Assembly: GCA_902624105.1 (NCBI GenBank)
Contig: CACNWH010000003.1
Location: 587-64,586, forward strand
DNA: 64,000 bases
Reading direction: 5' to 3'
From: an uncultured Prochlorococcus sp.
GTDB taxonomy: Bacteria; Cyanobacteriota; Cyanobacteriia; PCC-6307; Cyanobiaceae
A model generated the notes under the pieces. The model made no database searches and was not told the origin of the DNA. It was given only the letters and a program-made list of their open reading frames with translations. Shown piece by piece: positions 46,225 to 56,984 of this stretch. Every line of letters starts with the position of its first letter. Positions within the stretch are counted from its first letter, which is position 1. The translations under genes were made by a program, and so were the position numbers.

Positions 46225-46881
46225 ATGGGAGATCTGTCAGTTAGGGAATTACCTTTATTTCCACTGCCAGAGGTAGTTCTTTTCCCAAATGAAGTTTTAC
46301 CTTTACATATTTTTGAATCAAGATACAAAATTATGCTGAAATCTGTTCTAGAAACAGACTCTTTATTTGGAGTAGTTAAGTGGGATCCAAATACAAAAAG
46401 TATGGCGAATGTTGGTTGTTGTGCTCATATAATTAAGCATCAAACTGCTGATGATGGCAGAAGTAATATTATTACTATTGGACAGCAACGCTTTCAGGTT
46501 TTGGAGGTAGTACGTTCTTCTCCTTTTTATACAGGTTTAGTTAGTTGGATTGATGATGAAAATAGTCAAAACCTTCAGGATCTTGATATCCTCAGAGATT
46601 CTGTTATTCAAGCCTTAAATGATGTTGTTAATTTAACTAGTAAATTAACTAATTCTCAAAAAATATTGCCAGATAAGTTACCTAAGAATCCTATGGAATT
46701 ATCATTCTGGATTGGTGCTCATCTTGGTGGCCCAGTTTCTGACGAACAACAAAGGCTCTTAGAGGAAAGGGATACCTATATAAGATTACAGAGAGAGTTT
46801 GAGATGCTTGACCATACAAGGAAACAACTTGCTGCAAGAACTGCATTAAAAGAGAGTTTTCCTGATGTAAAAGAAAACTAA
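46225..46881 (+). CDS. LON peptidase N-terminal-domain protein
   Basis: LPLFPL, PLHIFESRY. Confidence 0.93.
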   Translation: MGDLSVRELPLFPLPEVVLFPNEVLPLHIFESRYKIMLKSVLETDSLFGVVKWDPNTKSMANVGCCAHIIKHQTADDGRSNIITIGQQRFQVLEVVRSSPFYTGLVSWIDDENSQNLQDLDILRDSVIQALNDVVNLTSKLTNSQKILPDKLPKNPMELSFWIGAHLGGPVSDEQQRLLEERDTYIRLQREFEMLDHTRKQLAARTALKESFPDVKEN

Positions 46882-46897
46882 ATTATTTTTTAAAGTT

Positions 46898-47743
46898 TCA
46901 TTCGAGATTTATATTCTTTGAAGCATAACATCCAAAATCATTTAAATTTTCACATAATGGTCTTAAATTTTCTTTCAGAAGCTCAAAAGTTTTAATACTA
47001 TTAATATCATCAATGGCAACATCTACATAAATTATATATTCACCTAGTTCTCTTTTGGATGGTCTAGATTCTATTTTACTCATATTGAATCCAAGATCAG
47101 CGATAGTATTTAAAGCTTTAAGAAGTGAACCTGGTTGATTGTCAAGTAGAGAAAATGCAAAGCTAGCAATATTTGCCGCTTCAGAAACTTTTGTATCAGA
47201 GAGTAAAACAAATCTAGTACAATTTCCAGAAACATCATTAATAGGAAATGCAAGCTCTTTTAGTCCTTCAATAGTTACAAGTGCTTTTGAACCTATGGCC
47301 GCTCTAAATGAACTTCCTTTCACCATGTTCACAGCTTCTGAAGTAGAGTTTGTAGGAAGTAAAATAGCTGATGGTAAATTCTCTGAAAGCCATTCTGAAC
47401 ATTGAGCTAATGCCTGGGGATGAGATAATACTTCTGATATGTCTGAAAGCTTTCCACTGCTAATTAACGCATGTTTAATAGGCAAAACAATTGCTTGGCT
47501 AATTTTTAAATTTGGAAATTTCCATAAAGCATCTAATGTAGCAGTAACTCCTCCCTCAACAGAATTTTCGATTGGAACAACTGCAGCATCACAATTTTTG
47601 TAGGCTATTGATTTAATAACAGAATGAAGCCCATTACATGGTACAAATATAGGTGACTCATAATTAGCAAAGTCTGATAATATTTCAGCTGCTTTTTCTG
47701 CGTAGGTACCCTTTGGACCTAAATATGCAACTTGTTTGCGCAT
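46898..47743 (-). CDS. pheA: Prephenate dehydratase
   Basis: YLGPKGT, PIENSVEG, SHPQALAQC, TRF, ESRP; likely start ATG 47743. Confidence 0.96.
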   Translation of the reverse strand: MRKQVAYLGPKGTYAEKAAEILSDFANYESPIFVPCNGLHSVIKSIAYKNCDAAVVPIENSVEGGVTATLDALWKFPNLKISQAIVLPIKHALISSGKLSDISEVLSHPQALAQCSEWLSENLPSAILLPTNSTSEAVNMVKGSSFRAAIGSKALVTIEGLKELAFPINDVSGNCTRFVLLSDTKVSEAANIASFAFSLLDNQPGSLLKALNTIADLGFNMSKIESRPSKRELGEYIIYVDVAIDDINSIKTFELLKENLRPLCENLNDFGCYASKNINLE

Positions 47744-47796
47744 GACTAATAAAAATGAAAAAAAGAATATAGTAAGCATTGGAGATTTATAATACA

Positions 47797-48309
47797 ATGC
47801 TTTTGTCTTTTGATGCTAAACAGAAACTAAAGCTTTCTGTAACAACTAATAAAGAACGTCTTTCAACCTATCTCCTTCAAGAAGAGAGGGTTGTAGGGGC
47901 GATGTTAGATTCCAATAAATTAATACCCGAAGGACAAGGTAAGTATAAGTATAATGTTACAAGCTTCAGAGTCTTTCAGCTAGATATTAAGCCAGTTGTT
48001 TCGATTGCTGTCGAAAATAAAAATGGGGTACTTATTATGAGTGCCCTTGATAGCAAATTAGATGGTCTTGGTATTGTGGATGATTTTAATCTTTTGTTAA
48101 AAGCGAACCTACAGGCTACTAATATTGGTTTAGAGGGAGAAGCACTTCTTGGAGTAACGGTAAGTCAACCTCCTATATTAAAGCTTATTCCAAAAAAAAT
48201 ATTAGAATCAACGGGGCATTCAGTACTTAATGGAATTTTGTTAGGAATAAAAACAAGAGTTCAGCAGCAATTAATTAAAGATTTTACCAATTGGTGCAAA
48301 CTAAATTAA
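47797..48309 (+). CDS. DUF1997-like protein
   Basis: Conserved-looking ORF between pheA and rnhB; family recalled, not searched. Confidence 0.75.
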   Translation: MLLSFDAKQKLKLSVTTNKERLSTYLLQEERVVGAMLDSNKLIPEGQGKYKYNVTSFRVFQLDIKPVVSIAVENKNGVLIMSALDSKLDGLGIVDDFNLLLKANLQATNIGLEGEALLGVTVSQPPILKLIPKKILESTGHSVLNGILLGIKTRVQQQLIKDFTNWCKLN

Positions 48310-48882
48310 ATTTAATTTTTTGATAAATGACTTTCTATGCATATTTGTAATGCCTAAGTGGTTTATTGATAAAAAATGATCACTGGTGCCATAACCTTTA
48401 TTCTTAAAGATTGTATAACCTTTATACTTTTCTTCTAGCCTATTCATTAGTAAATCTCTTTTGACTTTAGCTAATATACTCGCAGCAGCTATTGCAGTCA
48501 TTTTAGAATCGCCTTTTATTAAATTCTCTTGTTTTCCCTGCCACAAACTTAATGGTAGGCTGCCATCTACATAAATTTTTAAAGGTCTTAGTTTTAATTT
48601 ATAAATAGCTCTTATCATTGATAATTCAGTAGCATGTCGTATCCCATATTTATCTATCTCTTGAACGGAACTTTGACCTATGCCCCAGTCTGTTGATAGT
48701 TCTAATATCTTAGGTAATAATAAGCCTCTTTTTTTTGCAGATAATTTTTTACTATCATCAACACCTAATCTTTTTAGTAAATGATTATTTTCTAATGTTA
48801 ATACCACTACAGATGAAAAGACAGGGCCAAAGATACATCCCCTCCCTACTTCATCAATACCTACTTCAATTGAATCATTCAT
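48301..48882 (-). CDS. rnhB: Ribonuclease HII
   Basis: [26 protein letters not shown]; likely ATG 48882 overlapping the rne stop. Confidence 0.97.
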   Translation of the reverse strand: MNDSIEVGIDEVGRGCIFGPVFSSVVVLTLENNHLLKRLGVDDSKKLSAKKRGLLLPKILELSTDWGIGQSSVQEIDKYGIRHATELSMIRAIYKLKLRPLKIYVDGSLPLSLWQGKQENLIKGDSKMTAIAAASILAKVKRDLLMNRLEEKYKGYTIFKNKGYGTSDHFLSINHLGITNMHRKSFIKKLNLI

Positions 48883-50680
48883 TAACTGCAGATGATCTTC
48901 TTCTTTTTCTTCTTGTAATGTCGGCGTCTTCACTATCTTGATTTTCTTTTAAATCAATATCATTAACTACTATTTCCTCATTTGAAACCTCTAATGTATC
49001 TCTATCAGAATAATCTTTTAAAGAATTGCCTGACAATGAATTATCTAAATTTTTAATTTTTATTTGATTTTTATCGTTTGATTGGACAGCTTCTTTCTTT
49101 TTTGATTCATTATTTTCAAGCTTTGGAATATTATTTACTTTTATAAATTCTTTGCCTAACTTAATTAAGGGATTTATCCCTAATTGACTATATACAATCT
49201 TTTCTTCATCAGAAAGCTTTAAATAAATAATTTCTTGTTCATTTAAATTATTTGCTGCATTTATATCATCATTTAATTCTTTTTTCTTGAGGTTATCTTT
49301 TTCTTCACTTGAAATTAAAGCTTTGGAAGTTGCTGTTTCTGACATTTTATTCTTACTATCATGAATGATAAGTTGATTATTTTCTAAATTATTTTCATGA
49401 ATTGATTTTTTTGATTTTTTGGAAGACTTTGGAGGTTCTAAATTAATTTTTTGAAGATTAGGTAAATTTTGTAAATGTCCTAATCCTTCACAACAATTAC
49501 AAGTTTTTCCAAATAGTTCATAAATATTTTTACCCTGCCTTTTCCTAGTTAGCTCTACAAGACCTAATTCAGTTAATTGAGCTATTTGTGGTTTCGCTGA
49601 ATCATCTTTAATCGCTGTAGTGAAATGCTCTAACAATTGAAATTGATCTCGCCGTGAATCCATATCTATAAAGTCTATGATTAGAACTCCTCCAATATTT
49701 CTCAATTTCATTTGTCTAGAAATTTCAATCGCAGCTTCGCAATTTGTCCATAATACCGTTTGTCTAGAGTTTGCTGATCGTGTAAATGATCCTGAGTTTA
49801 CATCGATAACTGTAAGAGCTTCAGTTGGTTCAATAATTATATAACCCCCAGAAGGCAAATCTACCCTTGGTTGTAGCGACTTTTGAATCGTTTGTATGAT
49901 TTTATATTTCTCGAGTATGTGATCTTCTTTAGAGTTATTATGAAATTCAATAATAAAATTAAATTGATCATTTACTAGATAACTTTTTGCTCTTTCAATA
50001 GCTTGTTTATTATCTATCGTTACTTTTGTTGTAGAAGAATTTACATTATCTCTTAAAATTTTTAATGAGAAGTCTTCATCTCTGCTTATAAGCATTGGTG
50101 GTGTTGACATCTCATTTAGTTGAAGAATATTTTCCCATTTTTGAATTAAATTCTCTAAGTCTTCTATTAAAAATTCTTCACTGATTTCTTTTGATTCAGT
50201 TCTAAATAAAAGGCCTGTTCCTGGTGGTTTTATTAGTACACCAAGTGCCCTTAATCGACTTCTTTCTGTCTCTGTATTAATTTTTCTAGAAATATTCACT
50301 CCTTTACCAAAAGGTTGAAGAATTATATATTTCCCTGGAAGAGAAATATTTCCAGTCAGTCTTGGCCCTTTGGATCCTGTAGGCTCTTTCATAACTTGAA
50401 CAAGTACTTTTTGTTTTGGCTCAAGTAATTCAGTAATGGCAGCAGACCCTTTTTTTGATCTTAAGGGTCCAAGATCAGATACATGGATAAATCCATTTTT
50501 TTTACTTTCTCCAATATCTATAAAAGCTGCATCAATTCCAGGAAGAACATTTTCTACAGTACCCAGAAAAATATCTTCAATTTGATATTGACCTTGTGAG
50601 ACAATCAATTCTTCAACTCGATCATCTTTAAGTAGAGCTGCAATACGTGCCTGCTCAGCTATGATAATTTGCTGAGACAT
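48875..50680 (-). CDS. rne: Ribonuclease E
   Basis: S1 domain, IDVNSG, IIDFIDM, C-terminal RRKRRRSSA. Confidence 0.97.
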   Translation of the reverse strand: MSQQIIIAEQARIAALLKDDRVEELIVSQGQYQIEDIFLGTVENVLPGIDAAFIDIGESKKNGFIHVSDLGPLRSKKGSAAITELLEPKQKVLVQVMKEPTGSKGPRLTGNISLPGKYIILQPFGKGVNISRKINTETERSRLRALGVLIKPPGTGLLFRTESKEISEEFLIEDLENLIQKWENILQLNEMSTPPMLISRDEDFSLKILRDNVNSSTTKVTIDNKQAIERAKSYLVNDQFNFIIEFHNNSKEDHILEKYKIIQTIQKSLQPRVDLPSGGYIIIEPTEALTVIDVNSGSFTRSANSRQTVLWTNCEAAIEISRQMKLRNIGGVLIIDFIDMDSRRDQFQLLEHFTTAIKDDSAKPQIAQLTELGLVELTRKRQGKNIYELFGKTCNCCEGLGHLQNLPNLQKINLEPPKSSKKSKKSIHENNLENNQLIIHDSKNKMSETATSKALISSEEKDNLKKKELNDDINAANNLNEQEIIYLKLSDEEKIVYSQLGINPLIKLGKEFIKVNNIPKLENNESKKKEAVQSNDKNQIKIKNLDNSLSGNSLKDYSDRDTLEVSNEEIVVNDIDLKENQDSEDADITRRKRRRSSAVNE

Positions 50681-50956
50681 ATAAAAATTTTAGTATGGTT
50701 TTATTTGAAAAATGATAAAAATTTAAGAAATTAAGTTCTAATTATTTGCAAGAATTTTAAGGTGCAATTTGACCATAATTAAAATAATTAGTATTTACTT
50801 CTAATTTTTTTTAAGTAAATCTTTAAACTACTTTGAGAAAAATTAAATTAATTTACATCGATTATGATATTTATCAAAGTAAATCATAATCATTTTAATC
50901 TTAACATTATTTTCCCCTGAAGTCACATTAATCATTTATTCTATTAATTGTTATAG

Positions 50957-52195
50957 ATGTTTCCAAAAGTGGTACAAGTTAACGAAAATTATTTAAAACT
51001 TAAAGCAGGTTATTTATTTCCTGAGATATCAAAAAGAGTGAATTTACATTCACAAAAAAATTTTTCATCTGAACTCATTAAATTAGGTATTGGTGATGTT
51101 ACAGAACCTTTGCCAAGATCCTGTGTAGATGCGATGCAAAACGCTTTAGTAGAGATGAGTACTAATAAAGGTTTTAGAGGTTACGGCCCTGAACAAGGTT
51201 ATTTATGGTTGAGAGAGAAAATTGCTGAAAATGAATTTATATCAAAAGGATGTCAAATCGTTCCTGAGGAGATTTTTGTATCAGATGGATCAAAATGTGA
51301 TAGTAGTAATATTTTGGATATTCTTGGTAATGATAATTTAATTGCCGTGACTGATCCTGTTTATCCAGTTTATGTAGATAGTAATGTGATGACAGGAAGA
51401 ACCGGTTTTGCTAATGATAATGGAAGTTATGAAGGCTTAACTTACATAGCTATTAATGAAGATAATAATTTTAAGCCAGAAATTCCAAAAGAAAAAGTTG
51501 ATATAATTTATTTATGTTTCCCTAATAATCCAACAGGTGCAACCGTTTCAAAAAAAGAATTAAAGGATTGGGTTGATTATGCGAATAGAAATAATTCATT
51601 AATTTTTTTTGATGCTGCTTATGAAGCTTTTATTCAGGATGGAAATATTCCCCATTCAATTTATGAAATAGAGGGATCAAAAAATTGCGCTATAGAATTT
51701 AGGTCATTTTCCAAGAATGCCGGTTTTACAGGTGTAAGGTGCGCTTATACTGTTATACCTAAAAACCTTTCTGGAAGAAACTCAAAAGGAGAAGAAATAA
51801 ATATTTGGTCTTTGTGGAATAGAAGGCAAAGTACAAAATTTAATGGAGTTAGTTATATAGTTCAAAGAGGAGCAGAAGCAGTTTACTCAAATCAGGGAAA
51901 AAAAGAAGTTGAAAAATTGATTAATTTTTATATGAATAATGCTTCAATAATGAGGAATAAATTAATGCAAGCTGGCTTTAAAGTTTTTGGTGGTTTAAAT
52001 GCTCCATACATTTGGATCAAAGTACCAGATCAAATGACTTCATGGGATTTTTTCGATTATCTATTAGAAAAAGCAAATGTTGTTGGCACTCCTGGAAGTG
52101 GATTTGGATTAGCTGGAGAAGGATATTTTAGATTATCAGCATTTAATACTCTAACGAATGTTAATGCTGCTATGGAGAGAATCATTAATATATAA
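50957..52195 (+). CDS. dapL: LL-diaminopimelate aminotransferase
   Basis: [26 protein letters not shown]. Confidence 0.97.
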   Translation: MFPKVVQVNENYLKLKAGYLFPEISKRVNLHSQKNFSSELIKLGIGDVTEPLPRSCVDAMQNALVEMSTNKGFRGYGPEQGYLWLREKIAENEFISKGCQIVPEEIFVSDGSKCDSSNILDILGNDNLIAVTDPVYPVYVDSNVMTGRTGFANDNGSYEGLTYIAINEDNNFKPEIPKEKVDIIYLCFPNNPTGATVSKKELKDWVDYANRNNSLIFFDAAYEAFIQDGNIPHSIYEIEGSKNCAIEFRSFSKNAGFTGVRCAYTVIPKNLSGRNSKGEEINIWSLWNRRQSTKFNGVSYIVQRGAEAVYSNQGKKEVEKLINFYMNNASIMRNKLMQAGFKVFGGLNAPYIWIKVPDQMTSWDFFDYLLEKANVVGTPGSGFGLAGEGYFRLSAFNTLTNVNAAMERIINI

Positions 52196-52226
52196 TATTT
52201 AAATATTGATTGAAATTTTAAATTAG

Positions 52227-52544
52227 ATGAAGTTTAACAATTCAGAAAGTGTTGGTAATAGTGGAGCGACACTACTTGAGCAAAATCCATCAGAATTAAA
52301 AATTAAATCACCAAAATATAAAGTTCTTCTTCATAATGATCCAGTGAATTCTATGGAGTATGTTACAAATACTCTTAGAGAAGTTGTCCCTCAATTAAGT
52401 GAACAAGATGCAATTTCAATTATGCTAGAAGCTCATAATTCGGGGGTGGGATTAGTAATAGTTTGTGATTTGGAACCTGCTGAATTTTATTCAGAGTCAT
52501 TAAAATCCAAAGGTCTAACAAGTTCAATAGAAAAAGAGGATTAA
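52227..52544 (+). CDS. clpS: ClpS adaptor
   Basis: YKVLLHNDPVN, MLEAH. Confidence 0.95.
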   Translation: MKFNNSESVGNSGATLLEQNPSELKIKSPKYKVLLHNDPVNSMEYVTNTLREVVPQLSEQDAISIMLEAHNSGVGLVIVCDLEPAEFYSESLKSKGLTSSIEKED

Positions 52545-52566
52545 AATTAAAAAGATAAATTTTAAA

Positions 52567-53382
52567 TTGAATCTATTATTTAGATATTTTCTAACACCTA
52601 TTTCATTTGCGGTAATAATTTATATTTTAGGAATTTTACCTGTTTTATTATTTTCATCTTTTGTACCATTTTTAATTGGGAAAGAATATATCTTTATATT
52701 TGTTGTATTTATTTTTTCCTTAAAAATATGGGCTAGGAAAAGATGGAATCAACAAGATATATGGATGAATTTAGGATTCTCACAATTTAAACACAGTTTA
52801 TTAAACCATAATTTTAAAAAAGAATTATTTAAATCATTTATAATAATTCTATTTTGGATTTTTTTATTGATATTGGGGGGATTTCTAAGATTTAAAAGTG
52901 TTGTTAATTTTAGTTTATTATTAGATATTTTATTTACCTCAATTTTTGTAGGCGTAGCAGAAGAATTACTTTTTAGAGTGTGGCTTTTTGAAGAATTAAA
53001 GCTTTGTTTAAGTACAAATAAAGCAATTTTTTGTCAATCGATTTTATTCTCAGTGGTTCATCCATATAATGTTGGTGAAAGTTTAACTGTTAATATTTTG
53101 ATGAAAATTGGATTACTATTGATAGGTATTTATTTGAATCTTTTAAGAATTAACAATTATCCGAATATATTTCCCTCTATTGCCTTTCATGGAGGAATAG
53201 TTGGTTTTATGTTTTTAGCGAAATCTACTTTATATGTTCAAGGCAATTATCCTTATTTAATTTATGGTACTAAATATGATTCCTTTATTAATCCTGTTAG
53301 TGGATTAATAGGTATATTTACTTTATTCATATTAAATTTATATCAAATTAAAAATTTAAAAAAATTTTCTAAATTTCGATGA
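52567..53382 (+). CDS. CPBP/Abi intramembrane metalloprotease
   Basis: EELLFR, FSVVH, HGG; multi-TM. Confidence 0.88.
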   Translation: MNLLFRYFLTPISFAVIIYILGILPVLLFSSFVPFLIGKEYIFIFVVFIFSLKIWARKRWNQQDIWMNLGFSQFKHSLLNHNFKKELFKSFIIILFWIFLLILGGFLRFKSVVNFSLLLDILFTSIFVGVAEELLFRVWLFEELKLCLSTNKAIFCQSILFSVVHPYNVGESLTVNILMKIGLLLIGIYLNLLRINNYPNIFPSIAFHGGIVGFMFLAKSTLYVQGNYPYLIYGTKYDSFINPVSGLIGIFTLFILNLYQIKNLKKFSKFR

Positions 53383-54540
53383 GATGAATTCATTTTTTTT
53401 GAAATTGTATCTTCGAATAGAATCTGTCATAACTGAAAAAATATTAATTCGTATAAATGATACTTTTCTCATTGCGAGAAAAATTAAGTATCTAAATGGA
53501 TACAGAATAAAAATTTTATTTGAAAAAAAGGTTACAAGAAATTCTGTGAAAAGAATTAAGGAAATAATATCTAGGGAGCGATTGATAAAATATTTTAATG
53601 AGAAAAATTTACGATATATGTTTGATAGTTTTTCATAATTATTGATCATAAGACTTAGCTCATAAACATCTCTAATACAAGAATTCAGACCTTGTCCTCC
53701 AACTGGATGAAATGAATGAGCTGATTCGCCGACTAAAATATTTTTAAAATTTTTTAAATTTGGTAAAGCAAAAGCCTTCGCTAAGGAAAAAGAAGAAATA
53801 TTACCTATTATTTTTATCGGAATAATTTTATCAGGTAATTCATTTTTTAGTTTCTCTAATAATTTCTTCTGAGTCATTTGAAGTTTGGATTTTGTATCTG
53901 ATTCTGAAGAGAACCAAATAACTTGATAAATATTATTAGAGAGAGGTAATAATGCTAAAGGACCTTGGCTCTTAAAGATTTCATAAGCTCTTTTAGGTGG
54001 TGAACCATTTAAAAAGGCTTTAAATGAAATACATTTTTGATTGTATAAACTTTTAAAGTATTTATTTTGCCATTTTTTTCTAGTGGAAGATTCTCTTCCA
54101 TCAGAGGCTAAAATAAAATCAAAATCTCCATCATTGGTAGTGTCAAAATTTAATTTATTAATAAATTCATTATTATTAATTTTATTAATCAATAATTCCA
54201 TAAGCAGTTTATGCTCTACAACCCATCCAATATCTGTTTGGTCATTATTAAGACTTTTTAAGTCATTATTTCTAACTAATACTGACTGTGATAGAACATC
54301 ATCAATTATTGATAAAGAATCAAATCCAAAAGAAGACTTTTGGATATTGTCCCATAAACCTAATTCTTCAAATATTTTTCTCGTACATTGTGTGATGGCA
54401 TAACCCTTATCTTTTTTCAATAATTCTGAATCTGAAAGTGGCTCTATTAGAGTTACATGGCATTTATCTAACGCTAATGATAGAGCTAAAAGTGATCCAG
54501 TTGGTCCTGATCCTATAACTTTAATATTTTTTTTTATCAA
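53356..54540 (-). CDS. UbiH-like FAD-dependent monooxygenase
   Basis: GSGPTG, SDG, GESAHSFHPVGGQGLN. Confidence 0.9.
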   Translation of the reverse strand: MIKKNIKVIGSGPTGSLLALSLALDKCHVTLIEPLSDSELLKKDKGYAITQCTRKIFEELGLWDNIQKSSFGFDSLSIIDDVLSQSVLVRNNDLKSLNNDQTDIGWVVEHKLLMELLINKINNNEFINKLNFDTTNDGDFDFILASDGRESSTRKKWQNKYFKSLYNQKCISFKAFLNGSPPKRAYEIFKSQGPLALLPLSNNIYQVIWFSSESDTKSKLQMTQKKLLEKLKNELPDKIIPIKIIGNISSFSLAKAFALPNLKNFKNILVGESAHSFHPVGGQGLNSCIRDVYELSLMINNYEKLSNIYRKFFSLKYFINRSLDIISLILFTEFLVTFFSNKIFILYPFRYLIFLAMRKVSFIRINIFSVMTDSIRRYNFKKNEFISSKFRKFF

Positions 54541-54612
54541 GAGTATAAACCTTTGTTGAAATGACTTTTAAAAATTAATCATTATCTAAATAATAATTTT
54601 TTAGAAATTTAT

Positions 54613-55542
54613 TTAACCCCTGCATCTAAATACACCAAATTGCATAAGTCCATTCCCAAAAGCCCAATTCATAAGAAGAATTGTTGGTATTTCTCTAAAA
54701 GATTTAAATAGTGAAGATAAACCTAGTGATAAAAATATTTTTGGTCTTCTGGCTCCTTCAAGAATAGATTCCCACCAAGATGGTAACGTTTCTTTTGTCC
54801 AATCATCTGTTTCAACTTGACTTCCTACAAAAGAACTATTTGAGAGATTTTTTTGAAAGCTATTTATACTACTGAAGCTTGGATGAGCCCATTGTTCTAG
54901 TAATTGCTTTAAAACCATTTTCTCGATAATATTTGGTGCTTTAAGAGTTAAGTCTCTAGAGTTCCAGTCTGCTACAGCTAAATAGCCTCCTGGTCTTAGT
55001 ACTCTTAGCATCTCATCAGCATATTTTTGTTTGTCTGGCATGTGAGGACCAGCTTCAACACTCCAAATGCCATCAAATTCTCCATCTTCAAACTTCAAAT
55101 TCATAGCATCCATTTGCTGAAAAGTACAATTTAAACTTGATTTTGTCAGCTCTCTTGCTCTCTTTACTTGTTCTGCACTTATTGTTATTCCGATGACATT
55201 AAAACCATAATCTTCGGCCAGAATTCTAGAACTTCCTCCTATACCGCATCCAACATCTAATACTCTAGAGCCCTTTGGTAATTTATCTAAGCCACTCCAT
55301 TTAACTAACTCGTGAACAAATGTAGCTTTTGCTTCCCTAAAATCTCCCAATTTTTTTTGATTGTGATAGTAACCTAAATGAATATGTTCACCCCATAATT
55401 TCTCTAGTATTCTGTCATTAGTCCAAGTGTCATAAGCATCAGAAACTGAGCCAGTGGTTTCAAATTTTCTATTTTTAGCAATCCATAAAATGATAAAAAA
55501 GCTAATAATTGAAATGATTAAAATAATGTAGTTTTGATTCAT
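54613..55542 (-). CDS. SAM-dependent methyltransferase, MPBQ/MSBQ or gamma-TMT-like
   Basis: WGEHIHLGYY, LDVGCGIGGS, WSVEAGPHMPDK. Confidence 0.92.
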   Translation of the reverse strand: MNQNYIILIISIISFFIILWIAKNRKFETTGSVSDAYDTWTNDRILEKLWGEHIHLGYYHNQKKLGDFREAKATFVHELVKWSGLDKLPKGSRVLDVGCGIGGSSRILAEDYGFNVIGITISAEQVKRARELTKSSLNCTFQQMDAMNLKFEDGEFDGIWSVEAGPHMPDKQKYADEMLRVLRPGGYLAVADWNSRDLTLKAPNIIEKMVLKQLLEQWAHPSFSSINSFQKNLSNSSFVGSQVETDDWTKETLPSWWESILEGARRPKIFLSLGLSSLFKSFREIPTILLMNWAFGNGLMQFGVFRCRG

Positions 55543-55867
55543 AGTGTGTTGATTGTCTCTTGGAATTTTACTGATAGTTGAATTTTCAGTATCTTTGATT
55601 AATTTTAAAGTTACTGCTCTAAAAACATTTGAAGTTGCTTCAGATTTTTAGAATTTCTTACTCATCTATTAATCAAATTATGAGAAGATCTATTATTAAT
55701 AAGACTTTACTAAAATTTTTTCTTATTTGAAATTATTTAATATACATGAATAATTTTATTGATCATAAGTGATTAATTAGGGCTAACTATAATAGTATTA
55801 CTTTTTTTGTATTAATTGAAGAAAAATTTATAGAAAGATCTAATTAATTTATTAGAAAAATCATTAA

Positions 55868-56959
55868 TTAAATATCTGATATCAAATATAACCAACATAC
55901 TTTCAGTAATTTCAAACCATCTATCCATCTTGAGATATTAGGCGCACCTGACTTTCGGGCATAATATCTCACGGGATAATTTAAGATTCTAATATCATTT
56001 TTAGCCGCCTCGAATATTATTGTAAAGTCACCGAATGGATCAACTTTTGATTCCCAGCTCCCATTATTTTTCATGAAATTAAAAAACTTTCTTGAAAAAA
56101 CTTTTGTTCCACAAAGTGAATCTGAAACTGGGTTATTAATGATAATTGATAATAAAATAGCAAAACATCTATTACCAATATAATTAGCCCACCTCATAGC
56201 ATCTTTTTCCATGGGAAATATTGTTCTTGAGCAATTAATTAGAATATTTTCATTACTTGAGGCTTGAATAATTGCATTGATACTATCGTCAATATCTACT
56301 GTTAAATCACTATCTATAATTGCTAAGGTATCTCCTGAACATATATTAAACCCCTCAACGACTGCATTTTTCTTACCCTTGGAACTTTGCTTGAGAAGCA
56401 TGATTTTAAAATCATTTGAAAAGTCTTTTTTTAAATTTTCAAGCATCATGTAAGTATTATCTTGACTATTTCCTTCAACAAAAATTATTTCTTTTTTTTG
56501 AGGTATTTTTTTTAATTTATTTAAGGCATTAATTAAAAGTTCCCTATTACCCTCTTCATTCCTTGCTGGTATCACTATGGAAATAAACTTTTCATTATGA
56601 ATTTCAGTACCTTTGTATAAAGTTATTTCTAATTCAAAAGCTAAATCTTTTAATATTGGCAATTTTCGCAAAATATTTTTGATTGACTGATTAACAAAAT
56701 TTGTGGAGATAGGTGTAAGTTTTTTTGCTCTCCATCGAATAGACCTATAGTTATAAATTTCACCAAGAGATTCAATATCACATATTGTAATTCTTGCTTT
56801 ATTTGTGGTATTTCTAAAAATTCTCGAATCTAATCTTAACCATCTTGTTATAGGCTCCCAAGTATTTCCTCTCACTTTAAATTTTAAAAATTCGCTCTCT
56901 TTTTGAAAACTTTCATGTAGTTGATTATGGGATAGATCCCAGGTTTTTATTGCTTTCAT
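55868..56959 (-). CDS. Glycosyltransferase family 2 with extra N-terminal domain
   Basis: VIPARNE, DSD, DSLCGTK, DPFGDF. Confidence 0.9.
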   Translation of the reverse strand: MKAIKTWDLSHNQLHESFQKESEFLKFKVRGNTWEPITRWLRLDSRIFRNTTNKARITICDIESLGEIYNYRSIRWRAKKLTPISTNFVNQSIKNILRKLPILKDLAFELEITLYKGTEIHNEKFISIVIPARNEEGNRELLINALNKLKKIPQKKEIIFVEGNSQDNTYMMLENLKKDFSNDFKIMLLKQSSKGKKNAVVEGFNICSGDTLAIIDSDLTVDIDDSINAIIQASSNENILINCSRTIFPMEKDAMRWANYIGNRCFAILLSIIINNPVSDSLCGTKVFSRKFFNFMKNNGSWESKVDPFGDFTIIFEAAKNDIRILNYPVRYYARKSGAPNISRWIDGLKLLKVCWLYLISDI

Positions 56960-56984
56960 TTTTTTTATACAAAATAATAACTTA

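Noticed and set aside
55543-55665. In-frame upstream reading with one stop before the methyltransferase
   Set aside because: No recognisable motif; the methyltransferase is complete from ATG 55542
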